From contig OZ024743.1 of NCBI GenBank assembly GCA_964016885.1, forward strand, positions 136,028,001 to 136,092,000: a stretch of DNA of 64,000 nucleotides, in the 5' to 3' direction. Shown here one piece after another: positions 1 through 14,000 of the stretch. The stretch's first letter is position 1. Each line of letters starts with the position of its first letter. A model generated the notes under the pieces. It saw only the letters and a program-made list of their open reading frames with translations. It did no database searches and was not told the DNA's origin. The translations under genes were made by a program, and so were the position numbers. Source of the stretch: Eledone cirrhosa. Its lineage: Eukaryota.

Positions 1-319
1 ACTAAACACCAAACACCAAGCACCAAGCACCAAGCATCAAGCACCAAGCACCAAACACCAAGCACCAAGCACCAAGCACCAAGCACCAAACACAAAACAC
101 CAAGTACCAAGCACCAAGCACCAAACACCAAACACCAAACACCAAGCACCAAGCACCAAACACCAAACCCCAAGCACCAAGCACCAGACACCAAGCACCA
201 AGCACCAAGCACCAATCACCAAACACCAAGCACCAAACACCAAACACCAATCACCAAGCGCCAAACACCAAATACCAAGCACCAAGCACTAAACACCAAA
301 CACCAAGCAACAGGCACCA

Positions 320-3290
320 AGCATCAAGCACCAAGCACCAAACACCAAGCACCAAGCACCAAGCACCAAGCACCAAACACAAAACACCAAGTACCAAGCA
401 CCAAGCACCAAACACCAAACACCAAACACCAAGCACCAAGCACCAAACACCAAACACCAAGCACCAAGCACCAGACACCAAGCACCAAGCACCAAGCACC
501 AATCACCAAACACCAAGCACGAAGCACCAAACACCAAACACCAAGCACCAAGCACCAAACACCAAACACCAAGCACCAAGCACCAAACACCAAATACCAA
601 GCACCAAGCACCAAGCACCAAGCACCAAACACCAAGCACCAAGCACCAAGCACCAAACACCAAGCACCAAACACCAAGCATCAGACACGAAGCACCAAGC
701 ACCAAGCACCAAACACCAAGCACCAAGCACCACACATCAAACACCAAGCACCAAGCACCAAACACCAAACACCAAACACCAAACAGCAAACACCAAACAC
801 CAAACACCAAACAGCAAATAGCAAACACCAAACACCAAACACCAAGCACCAAGCACCAAGCACCAAACAACAACACCAAGCACCAAGCACCAAACACCAA
901 GCACCAAGCACCAAGCACCAAATACCAAACACCAAGCTCCAAGCACCAAACACCAAGCACCAAGCACCAAACACCAATCACCAAGCACCAAGCACGAAAC
1001 CCCAAGCACCAAACACCAAGCACCAATCACCAAACACCAAACACCAAGAACCAAGCACCAAACACAAAACACCAAGCACCAAGCACCAAACACCAAGCAC
1101 CAAGCACCAAGCACCAAACACCAAGCACCAAGTACCAAGCACCAAACACCAAACACCAAGCACCAAGCACCAAACACTAAACACCAGGCTCCAAGCACAA
1201 AACACCAAGCACCAAGCACCAAGCACCAAGCACCAAACACCAATCACCAAGCCCAAAGCACCAAAGAGCAGAAACAAAACACCAAGCACCAAACACCAAA
1301 CACCAAGCACCAAACACCAAACAGCCAACACCAAACAGCAAACACCAAACACCAAATAGCAAAAACCAAAGAGCAAACTCCAAACACCAAACAGCAAACA
1401 CAAAACACCAAACAGCAAACACCAAACAGCAAACTCCAAACACCAAACACCAAGCACCAAGCACCAAATACCAAACACCAAACACCAAGCACCAATCACC
1501 AAACACCAAACACCAAGCACCAAGCACCAAACACCAAAAACCAAGCACCAAGCACCAAGCACCAAACACCATACGCCAAACACCAAACACCAAGCACCAA
1601 GCACCAAACACCAAGCACCAAGCGCCAAAGACCAAACACCAAGCACCAAGCACGAAACACCAAGCACCAAGCACCGAGCACCAAACACCATGTACCAAGC
1701 ACCAATCACCAAACACCAAGCACCAAGCACCAAACACCAAACACCAAACACCAAGCACCAAGCACCAAACACCAAACACCAAGAACCAACCACCAAACAC
1801 CAAATACCAAGCACCAAGCACTAAACACCAAACACCAAGCATCATGCACCAAGCATCAAGCACCAAGCACCAAACACCAAGCACCAAGCACCAAGCACCA
1901 AGCACCAAACACAAAACACCAAGTACCAAGCACCAAGCACCAAACACCAAACACCAAACACCAAGCACCAAGCACCAAACACCAAACACCAAGCACCAAG
2001 CACCAGACACCAAGCACCAAGCACCAAGCACCAATCACCAAACACCAAGCACGAAGCACCAAACACCAAACACCAAGCACCAAGCACCAAACACCAAACA
2101 CCAAGCACCAAGCACCAAACACCAAATACCAAGCACCAAGCACCAAGCACCAAGCACCAAACACCAAGCACCAAGCACCAAGCACCAAACACCAAGCACC
2201 AAACACCAAGCATCAGACACGAAGCACCAAGCACCAAGCACCAAACACCAAGCACCAAGCACCACACATCAAACACCAAGCACCAAGCACCAAACACCAA
2301 ACACCAAACACCAAACAGCAAACACCAAACAGCAAACACCAAACAGCAAACAGCAAACACCAAACACCAAACACCAAGCACCTAGCACCAAGCACCAAAC
2401 AACAACACCAAGCACCAAGCACCAAACACCAAGCACCAAGCACCAAGCACCAAATACCAAACACCAAGCTCCAAGCACCAAACACCAAGCACCAAGCACC
2501 AAACACCAATCACCAAGCACCAAGCACGAAACCCCAAGCACCAAACACCAAGCACCAATCACCAAACACCAAACACCAAGAACCAAGCACCAAACACAAA
2601 ACACCAAGCACCAAGCACCAAACACCAAGCACCAAGCACCAAGCACCAAACACCAAGCACCAAGTACCAAGCACCAAACACCAAACACCAAGCACCAAGC
2701 ACCAAACACTAAACACCAGGCTCCAAGCACAAAACACCAAGCACCAAGCACCAAGCACCAAGCACCAAACACCAAACACCAAGCCCAAAGCACCAAAGAG
2801 CAGAAACAAAACACCAAGCACCAAACACCAAACACCAAGCACCAAACACCAAACAGCCAACACCAAACAGCAAACACCAAACACCAAATAGCAAAAACCA
2901 AAGAGCAAACTCCAAACACCAAACAGCAAACACAAAACACCAAACAGCAAACACCAAACAGCAAACTCCAAACACCAAACACCAAGCACAAAGCACCAAA
3001 TACCAAGCACCAAACACCAAGCACCAATCACCAAACACCAAACACCAAGCACCAAACACCAAAAACCAAGCACCAAGCACCAAGCACCAAACACCATACG
3101 CCAAACACCAAACACCAAGCACCAAGCACCAAACACCAAGCACCAAGCGCCAAAGACCAAACACCAAGCACCAAGCACGAAACACCAAGCACCAAGCACC
3201 GAGCACCAAACACCAAACACCAAGAACCAACCACCAAACACCAAATACCAAGCACCAAGCACTAAACACCAAACACCAAGCATCATGCAC
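320..3290 (+). repeat. Tandem higher-order duplication, period 1532 bp (about 320-1850 and 1852-3290); second copy about 91 bp (13 monomers) shorter
   Basis: Near-identical ORF-track entries at offset 1532 (324/1856, 503/2035, 681/2213). The CATCATG marker lies at about 1840 and 3281, a spacing of 1441 = 1532 - 91. Confidence 0.88.
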
Positions 3291-6200
3291 CAAGCATCAA
3301 GCACCAAGCACCAAACACCAAGCACCAAGCACCAAGCACCAAGCACCAAACACAAAACACCAAGTACCAAGCACCAAGCACCAAACACCAAACACCAAAC
3401 ACCAAGCACCAAGCACCAAACACCAAACACCAAGCACCAAGCACCAGACACCAAGCACCAAGCACCAAGCACCAAGGACCAAACACCAAACACCAAACAC
3501 CAAACACCAGGCACAAAGCACCAAACACCAAGCACCAAGCACCAAAAACCAAAGACCAAGCACAAAGCACCAAAGAGCAAACACCAAACAGCAAACACCA
3601 AACACCAAACACCAAACAGCAAACAGCAAACAGCAAACACCAAACACCAAATAGCAAACACCAAAGGGCAAACTCCAAACACCAAACAGCAAACACAAAA
3701 CACCAAACAGCAAACAACAAACAGCAAACACCAAAGAGCAAACAGCAAACACCAAACACCAAACACCAAGCACCAAGCACCAAGCACCAAACACCAACAC
3801 CAAGCACCAAGCACCAAACACCAAGCACCAAGCACCAAACACCAAACACCAAGCTCCAAGCACCAAACACCAAACACCAAGCACCAAGCACCAAACACCA
3901 ATCACCAAGCACCAAGCACCAAACCCCAAGCACCAAACACCAAGCACAAAACACCAAGCACCAAGCACCAAACACCAAACATCAAACACCAATCACCAAA
4001 CATCAAACAGCAAACACCAAACACCAAACACCAAACATCAAACACCAAACAGCAAACAACAAACAACAAACGCCAAACATCAAACGCCAAACACCAAACA
4101 CCAAATAGCAAACACCAAACCGCAAACACCAAACACCAAACACCAAACACCAAACACCAAGCACCTAGCACCAAACACCAAGCACCAAGCACCAAGCAAC
4201 AAACACCAAGCACCAAGCACCAAACACCAAGCACCAAGCACGAAACACCAAGCACCAAGCACCGAGCCCCAAACACCAAGTACCAAGCACCAATCACCAA
4301 ACACCAAGCACCAAACACCAAACACCAAACACCAAACACCTAGCACCAAGCACCAAACACCAAACACCAAGAACCAAGCACCAAACACCAAATACCAAGC
4401 ACCAAGCACTAAACACCAAACACCAAGCACCAAGCACCAAGCATCAAGCACCAAGCACCAAACACCAAGCACCAAGCACCAAGCACCAAGCACCAAACAC
4501 AAAACACCAAGTACCAAGCACCAAGCACCAAACACCAAACACCAAACACCAAGCACCAAGCACCAAACACCAAATACCAAGCTCCAAGCACCAAACACCA
4601 AATACCAAGCACCAAGCAACAAACACCAATCACCAAGCACCAAGCACCAAACCCCAAGCACCAAACACCAAGCACCAATCACCAAACACCAAACACCAAG
4701 AACCAAGCACCAAACACCAAGCACCAAGCACCAAGCACAAAACACCAAGCACCAAGCGCTAAACATAAAACACTAAGCACCAAGCACCAAGCACCAAGCA
4801 CCAAACACCAAACATCAAACACCAATCACCAAACATCAAACAGCAAACACCAAACACCAAACACCAAACATCAAACACCAAACAGCAAACAACAAACAAC
4901 AAATGCCAAACTTCAAACGCCAAACACCAAACACCAAATAGCAAACACCAAACCGCAAACACCAAACACCAAACAGGAAACACCAAACACCAAACAGCGA
5001 ACACCAAACAGCAAACACCAAACACCAAGCACCAAGCACCAAGCACAAAACACCAAGCACCAAGCGCCAAACACCAAACACCAAGCACCAAGCACCAAAC
5101 ACCAAGCACCAAACACCAAACACCAATCACCAAGCGCCAAACACCAAATACCAAGCACCAAGCACTAAACACCAAACACCAAGCACCAAGCACCAAGCAT
5201 CAAGCACCAAGCACCAAACACCAAGCACCAAGCACCAAGCACCAAGCACCAAACACAAAACACCAAGTACCAAGCACCAAGCACCAAACACCAAACACCA
5301 AACACCAAGCACCAAGCACCAAACACCAAACACCAAGCACCAAGCACCAGACACCAAGCACCAAGCACCAAGCACCAATCACCAAACACCAAGCACCAAA
5401 CACCAAACACCAATCACCAAGCGCCAAACACCAAATACCAAGCACCAAGCACTAAACACCAAACACCAAGCAACAGGCACCAAGCATCAAGCACCAAGCA
5501 CCAAACACCAAGCACCAAGCACCAAGCACCAAGCACCAAACACAAAACACCAAGTACCAAGCACCAAGCACCAAACACCAAACACCAAACACCAAGCACC
5601 AAGCACCAAACACCAAACACCAAGCACCAAGCACCAGACACCAAGCACCAAGCACCAAGCACCAATCACCAAACACCAAGCACGAAGCACCAAACACCAA
5701 ACACCAAGCACCAAGCACCAAACACCAAACACCAAGCACCAAGCACCAAACACCAAATACCAAGCACCAAGCACCAAGCACCAAGCACCAAACACGAAGC
5801 ACCAAGCACCAAGCACCAAACACCAAGCACCAAACACCAAGCATCAGACACGAAGCACCAAGCACCAAGCACCAAACACCAAGCACCAAGCACCAGACAT
5901 CAAACACCAAGCACCAAGCACCAAACACCAAACACCAAACACCAAACAGCAAACACCAAACAGCAAACACCAAACAGCAAACAGCAAACACCAAACACCA
6001 AACACCAAGCACCAAGCACCAAGCACCAAACAACAACACCAAGCACCAAGCACCAAACACCAAGCACCAAGCACCAAGCACCAAATACCAAACACCAAGC
6101 TCCAAGCACCAAACACCAAGCACCAAGCACCAAACACCAATCACCAAGCACCAAGCACGAAACCCCAAGCACCAAACACCAAGCACCAATCACCAAACAC

Positions 6201-9060
6201 CAAACACCAAGAACCAAGCACCAAACACAAAACACCAAGCACCAAGCACCAAACACCAAGCACCAAGCACCAAGCACCAAACACCAAGCACCAAGTACCA
6301 AGCACCAAACACCAAACACCAAGCACCAAGCACCAAACACTAAACACCAGGCTCCAAGCACAAAACACCAAGCACCAAGCACCAAGCACCAAGCACCAAA
6401 CACCAAACACAAAGCCCAAAGCACCAAAGAGCAGAAACAAAACACCAAGCACCAAACACCAAACACCAAGCACCAAACACCAAACAGCCAACACCAAACA
6501 GCAAACACCAAACACCAAATAGCAAAAACCAAAGAGCAAACTCCAAACACCAAACAGCAAACACAAAACACCAAACAGCAAACACCAAACAGCAAACTCC
6601 AAACACCAAACACCAAGCACCAAGCACCAAATACCAAACACCAAACACCAAGCACCAATCACCAAACACCAAACACCAAGCACCAAGCACCAAACACCAA
6701 AAACCAAGCACCAAGCACCAAGCACCAAACACCATACGCCAAACACCAAACACCAAGCACCAAGCACCAAACACCAAGCACCAAGCGCCAAAGACCAAAC
6801 ACCAAGCACCAAGCACGAAACACCAAGCACCAAGCACCGAGCACCAAACACCATGTACCAAGCACCAATCACCAAACACCAAGCACCAAGCACCAAACAC
6901 CAAACACCAAACACCAAGCACCAAGCACCAAACACCAAACACCAAGAACCAACCACCAAACACCAAATACCAAGCACCAAGCACTAAACACCAAACACCA
7001 AGCATCATGCACCAAGCATCAAGCACCAAGCACCAAACACCAAGCACCAAGCACCAAGCACCAAGCACCAAACACAAAACACCAAGTACCAAGCACCAAG
7101 CACCAAACACCAAACACCAAACACCAAGCACCAAGCACCAAACACCAAACACCAGCACCAAGCACCAGACACCAAGCACCAAGCACCAAGCACCAAGGAC
7201 CAAACACCAAACACCAAACACCAAACACCAGGCACAAAGCACCAAACACCAAGCACCAAGCACCAAAAACCAAAGACCAAGCACAAAGCACCAAAGAGCA
7301 AACACCAAACAGCAAACACCAAACACCAAACACCAAACAGCAAACACCAAACAGCAAACACCAAACACCAAATAGCAAACACCAAAGGGCAAACTCCAAA
7401 CACCAAACAGCAAACACAAAACACCAAACAGCAAACAACAAACAGCAAACACCAAAGAGCAAACAGCAAACACCAAACACCAAACACCAAGCACCAAGCA
7501 CCAAGCACCAAACACCAACACCAAGCACCAAGCACCAAACACCAAGCACCAAGCACCAAACACCAAACACCAAGCTCCAAGCACCAAACACCAAACACCA
7601 AGCACCAAGCACCAAACACCAATCACCAAGCACCAAGCACCAAACCCCAAGCACCAAACACCAAGCACAAAACACCAAGCACCAAGCACCAAACACCAAA
7701 CATCAAACACCAATCACCAAACATCAAACACCAAACACCAAACACCAAACACCAAACATCAAACACCAAACAGCAAACAACAAACAACAAACGCCAAACA
7801 TCAAACGCCAAACACCAAACACCAAATAGCAAACACCAAACCGCAAACACCAAACACCAAACACCAAACACCAAACACCAAGCACCTAGCACCAAACACC
7901 AAGCACCAAGCACCAAGCAACAAACACCAAGCACCAAGCACCAAACACCAAGCACCAAGCACGAAACACCAAGCACCAAGCACCGAGCACCAAACACCAA
8001 GTACCAAGCACCAATCACCAAACACCAAGCACCAAACACCAAACACCAAACACCAAACACCTAGCACCAAGCACCAAACACCAAACACCAAGAACCAAGC
8101 ACCAAACACCAAATACCAAGCACCAAGCACTAAACACCAAACACCAAGCACCAAGCACCAAGCATCAAGCACCAAGCACCAAACACCAAGCACCAAGCAC
8201 CAAGCACCAAGCACCAAACACAAAACACCAAGTACCAAGCACCAAGCACCAAACACCAAACACCAAACACCAAGCACCAAGCACCAAACACCAAATACCA
8301 AGCTCCAAGCACCAAACACCAAATACCAAGCACCAAGCAACAAACACCAATCACCAAGCACCAAGCACCAAACCCCAAGCACCAAACACCAAGCACCAAT
8401 CACCAAACACCAAACACCAAGAACCAAGCACCAAACACCAAGCACCAAGCACCAAGCACAAAACACCAAGCACCAAGCGCTAAACATAAAACACTAAGCA
8501 CCAAGCACCAAGCACCAAGCACCAAACACCAAACATCAAACACCAATCACCAAACACCAAACAGCAAACAACAAACAACAAATGCCAAACTTCAAACGCC
8601 AAACACCAAACACCAAATAGCAAACACCAAACCGCAAACACCAAACACCAAACAGGAAACACCAAACACCAAACAGCGAACACCAAACAGCAAACACCAA
8701 ACACCAAGCACCAAGCACCAAGCACAAAACACCAAGCACCAAGCGCCAAACACCAAACACCAAGCACCAAGCACCAAACACCAAGCACCAAACACCAAAC
8801 ACCAATCACCAAGCGCCAAACACCAAATACCAAGCACCAAGCACTAAACACCAAACACCAAGCACCAAGCACCAAGCATCAAGCACCAAGCACCAAACAC
8901 CAAGCACCCAGCACCAAGCACCAAGCACCAAACACAAAACACCAAGTACCAAGCACCAAGCACCAAACACCAAACACCAAACACCAAGCACCAAGCACCA
9001 AACACCAAACACCAAGCACCAAGCACCAGACACCAAGCACCAAGCACCAAGCACCAATCA
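1850..9060 (+). repeat. Higher-order repeat of about 3.72 kb, roughly two tandem copies; positions 1-1980 also recur at +5163
   Basis: GGGCAAA at 3666/7387 and CGCTAAACATAAAACACTAAG at 4757/8478 (offset 3721). ORFs 3902/7623 and 4080/7801 share that offset. ORFs 2/5165, 289/5452 and 978/6141 have offset 5163. Confidence 0.88.
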
Positions 9061-11099
9061 CCAAACACCAAGCACGAAGCACCAAACACCAAACACCAAG
9101 CACCAAGCACCAAACACCAAACACCAAGCACCAAGCACCAAGCACTAAACACCAAGTACCAAGCACCAAGCACCAAACACCAAACACCAAACACCAAGCA
9201 CCAAGCACCAAACACCAAATACCAAGCACCAAGCACCAAGCACCAAACACCAAGCACCAAGCACCAAGCACCAAGAACCAAGCACCAAATACCAAGCACC
9301 AGACACGAAGCATCAATCACCAAATACCAAACACCAAGCACCAAGCACCAAACACCAAACACCAAACACCAGGCACCAAGCACCAATCACCAAGCACCAA
9401 GCAAAAACACAAAGCACCAAGCACCAAGCACCAAACACCAAACACCAAACACCAGGCACCAAGCACCAAGCAGCAAGCACCAAGCACCAAGCACCAGGCA
9501 CCAAACACCAAACACCAAGCACTAAGCACCAAACACCAAACACCAAGCACAAAGCACCAAAGAGCAAAAACAAAGCACCAAGCACCAAACACCAAACACC
9601 AAACACCAAACACCAAACAGCAAACACCAAACAACAAACACCAAACAGCAAACAGCAAACACCAAACACCAAACACCAAGCACCAAGTACCAAGCACCAA
9701 ACAACAACACCAATCACCAAGCACCAAACACCAAGCACCAAGCACCAAACACCAAACACCAAGCTCCAAGCACCAAACACCAAACACCAAGCACCAAGCA
9801 GCAAACACCAATCACCAAGCACCAAGCACCAAACACCAAGCACCAAACACCAAGCACCAATCACCAAACACCAAACACCAAGAACCAAGCACCAAACACA
9901 AAACACCAAGCACCAAGCACCAAACACCAAGCACCAAGCACCAAGCACCAAACACCAAACACCAAACACCAAGCACCTAGCACCAAACACCAAGCACCAA
10001 GCACCAAGCAACAAACACCCAGCACCAAGCACCAAACACCAAGCACCAAGCACCAAACACCAAGCACCAAGCACCAAGCACAAAACACCAAGCACCAAGC
10101 GCTAAACATAAAACACTAAGCACCAAGCACCAAGCACCAAGCACCAAACACCAAACATCAAACACCAATCACCAAACATCAAACAGCAAACACCAAACAC
10201 CAAACACCAAACATCAAACACCAAACAGCAAACAACAAACAACAAATGCCAAACATCAAACGCCAAACACCAAACACCAAATGGCAAACACCAAACCGCA
10301 AACACCAAACACCAAACAGGAAACACCAAACACCAAACAGCGAACACCAAACAGCAAACACCAAACACCAAGCACCAAGCACCAAGCACAAAACACCAAG
10401 CACCAAGCGCCAAACACCAAACACCAAGCACCAAGCACCAAACACCAAGCACCAAACACCAAACACCAATCACCAAGCACCAAACACCAAATACCAAGCA
10501 CCAAGCACTAAACACCAAACACCAAGCACCAAGCACCAAGCATCAAGCACCAAGCACCAAACACCAAGCACCAAGCACCAAGCACCAAGCACCAAACACC
10601 AAACACCAAGCACCAAGCACCAAACACCAAACACCAAGCACCAAGCACCAAACACCAAATACCAAGCACCAAGCACCAAGCACCAAGCACCAAACACCAA
10701 GCACCAAGCACCAAGCACCAAACACCAAGCACCAAACACCAAGCATCAGACACGAAGCACCAAGCACCAACCACCAAACACCAAGCACCAAGCACCACAC
10801 ATCAAACACCAAGCACCAAGCACCAAACACCAAACACCAAACACCAAACAGCAAACACCAAACAGCAAACACCAAACAGCAAACAGCAAACACCAAACAC
10901 CAAACACCAAGCACCAAGCACCAAGCACCAAACAACAACACCAAGCACCAAGCACCAAACACCAAGCACCAAGCACCAAATACCAAACACCAAGCTCCAA
11001 GCACCAAACACCAAGCACCAAGCACCAAACACCAATCACCAAGCACCAAGCACGAAACCCCAAGCACCAAACACCAAGCACCAATCACCAAACACCAAA

Positions 11100-14000
11100 C
11101 ACCAAGAACCAAGCACCAAACACAAAACACCAAGCACCAAGCACCAAACACCAAGCACCAAGCACCAAGCACCAAACACCAAGCACCAAGTACCAAACAC
11201 CAAACACCAAGCACCAAGCACGAAACACCAAACACCAAGCACCAAGCACCAAACACTAAACACCAGGCTCCAAGCACAAAACACCAAGCACCAAGCACCA
11301 AGCACCAAACACCAAACACCAAACACCAAGCACCGAGCACCAAACACCAAGCACCAAGCACCAAGCACCAAACACCAAACACCAAGCACCAAGCACCAAA
11401 CACCAAACACCAAGCCCAAAGCACCAAAGAGCAAAAACAAAACACCAAGCACCAAACACCAAACACCAAGCACCAAACACCAAACAGCCAACACCAAACA
11501 GCAAACACCAAACACCAAATAGCAAAAACCAAAGAGCAAACTCCAGACACCAAACAGCAAACACAAAACACCAAACAGCAAACACCAAACAGCAAACTCC
11601 AAACACCAAACACCAAGCACCAAGCACCAAATACCAAGCACCAAACACCAAGCACCAATCACCAAACACCAAACACCAAGCACCAAACACCAAACACCAA
11701 AAACCAAGCACCAAGCACCAAGCACCAAACACCATACGCCAAACACCAAACACCAAGCACCAAGCACCAAACACCAAGCACCAAGCGCCAAAGACCAAAC
11801 ACCAAGCACCAAGCACGAAACACCAAGCACCAAGCACCGAGCACCAAACACCATGTACCAAGCACCAATCACCAAACACCAAGCACCAAGCACCAAACAC
11901 CAAACACCAAACACCAAGCACCAAGCACCAAACACCAAACACCAAGAACCAAGCACCAAACACCAAATACCAAGCACCAAGCACTAAACACCAAACACCA
12001 AGCATCATGCACCAAGCATCAAGCACCAAGCACCAAACACCAAGCACCAAGCACCAAGCACCAAGCACCAAACACAAAACACCAAGTACCAAGCACCAAG
12101 CACCAAACACCAAACACCAAACACCAAGCACCAAGCACCAAACACCAAACACCAAGCACCAAGCACCAGACACCAAGCACCAAGCACCAAGGACCAAACA
12201 CCAAACACCAAACACCAAACACCAGGCACAAAGCACCAAACACCAAGCACCAAGCACCAAAAACCAAAGACCAAGCACAAAGCACCAAAGAGCAAACACC
12301 AAACAGCAAACACCAAACACCAAACACCAAACAGCAAACACCAAATAGCAAACACCAAACACCAAATAGCAAACACCAAAGGGCAAACTCCAAACACCAA
12401 ACAGCAAACACAAAACACCAAACAGCAAACAACAAACAGCAAACACCAAAGAGCAAACAGCAAACAGCAAACACCAAACACCAAGCACCAAGCACCAAGC
12501 ACCAAACACCAACACCAAGCACCAAGCACCAAACACCAAGCACCAAGCACCAAACACCAAACACCAAGCTCCAAGCACCAAACACCAAACACCAAGCACC
12601 AAGCACCAAACACCAATCACCAAGCACCAAGCACCAAACCCCAAGCACCAAACACCAAGCACAAAACACCAAGCACCAAGCACCAAACACCAAACATCAA
12701 ACACCAATCACCAAACATCAAACAGCAAACAGCAAACACCAAACACCAAACATCAAACACCAAACAGCAAACAACAAACAACAAACGCCAAACATCAAAC
12801 GCCAAACACCAAACACCAAATAGCAAACACCAAACCGCAAACACCAAACACCAAACAGCAAACACCAAACACCAAACAGCGAACACCAAACAGCAAACAC
12901 CAAACAGCAAACAGCAAGCAACAAACACCAAACACCAAACACCAAGCACCAAACTCCAAACACCAAGCACCAAGCACCAAGCACAAAACACCAAGCACCA
13001 AGCGCTAAACATAAAACACTAAGCACCAAGCACCAAGCACCAAGCACCAAACACCAAACATCAAACACCAATCACCAAACATCAAACAGCAAACACCAAA
13101 CACCAAACACCAAACATCAAACACCAAATAGCAAACAACAAACAACAAACGCCAAACATCAAACGCCAAACACCAAACACCAAATAGCAAACACCAAACC
13201 TTAAACACCAAACACCAAACAGCAAACACCAAACACCAAACAGCGAACACCAAACAGCAAACACCAAACAGCAAACACCAAACACCAAACACCAAACACC
13301 AAGCACCAAGCACCAAGCACAAAACACCAAGCACCAAGCACCAAACACCAAGCACCAAACACCAAACACCAAGCACCAAGCGCCAAACACCAAGCACCGA
13401 GCACCAAGCACGAAACACCAAGCACCAAACACCAAACAGCAAACACCAATCACCAAACACCAAACACCAAACACCAAACACCAATCACCAAACACCAAAC
13501 ACCAAACACCAAACACCAAACACCAAACAGTAAACACCAAACACCAAACAGCAAACACCAAACACCAAACACCAAACAGCAAACACCAAACACAAAACAC
13601 CAAACAACAAACACCAAACAGCAAACACCAAACAAACAGCAAACAGCAAACACCAAGCATCAACCAACAAACACCAAACAACAAACGCCAAACAGCAAAC
13701 GCCAACCACCAGATGCCAAACAGCAAACGCCAAACACCAAACGCCAAACAGCAAACACCAAACACCAAACAGCAAACACCAAACACCAAACACCAAATAG
13801 CAAACACCAAACAGCAAACACCAAACAGCAAACACCAAACAGCAAACACCAAACAGCAAACAGCAAACACCAAGCACCAAGCACCAAACACCAAGCACCA
13901 AGCAACAAGCACCAATCACCAAGCACCAAGCACTAAACGCCAAGCACCAAGCACCAAACACCAAGCACCAAGCACCAAGCACCAAACACCAAGCACCAAA

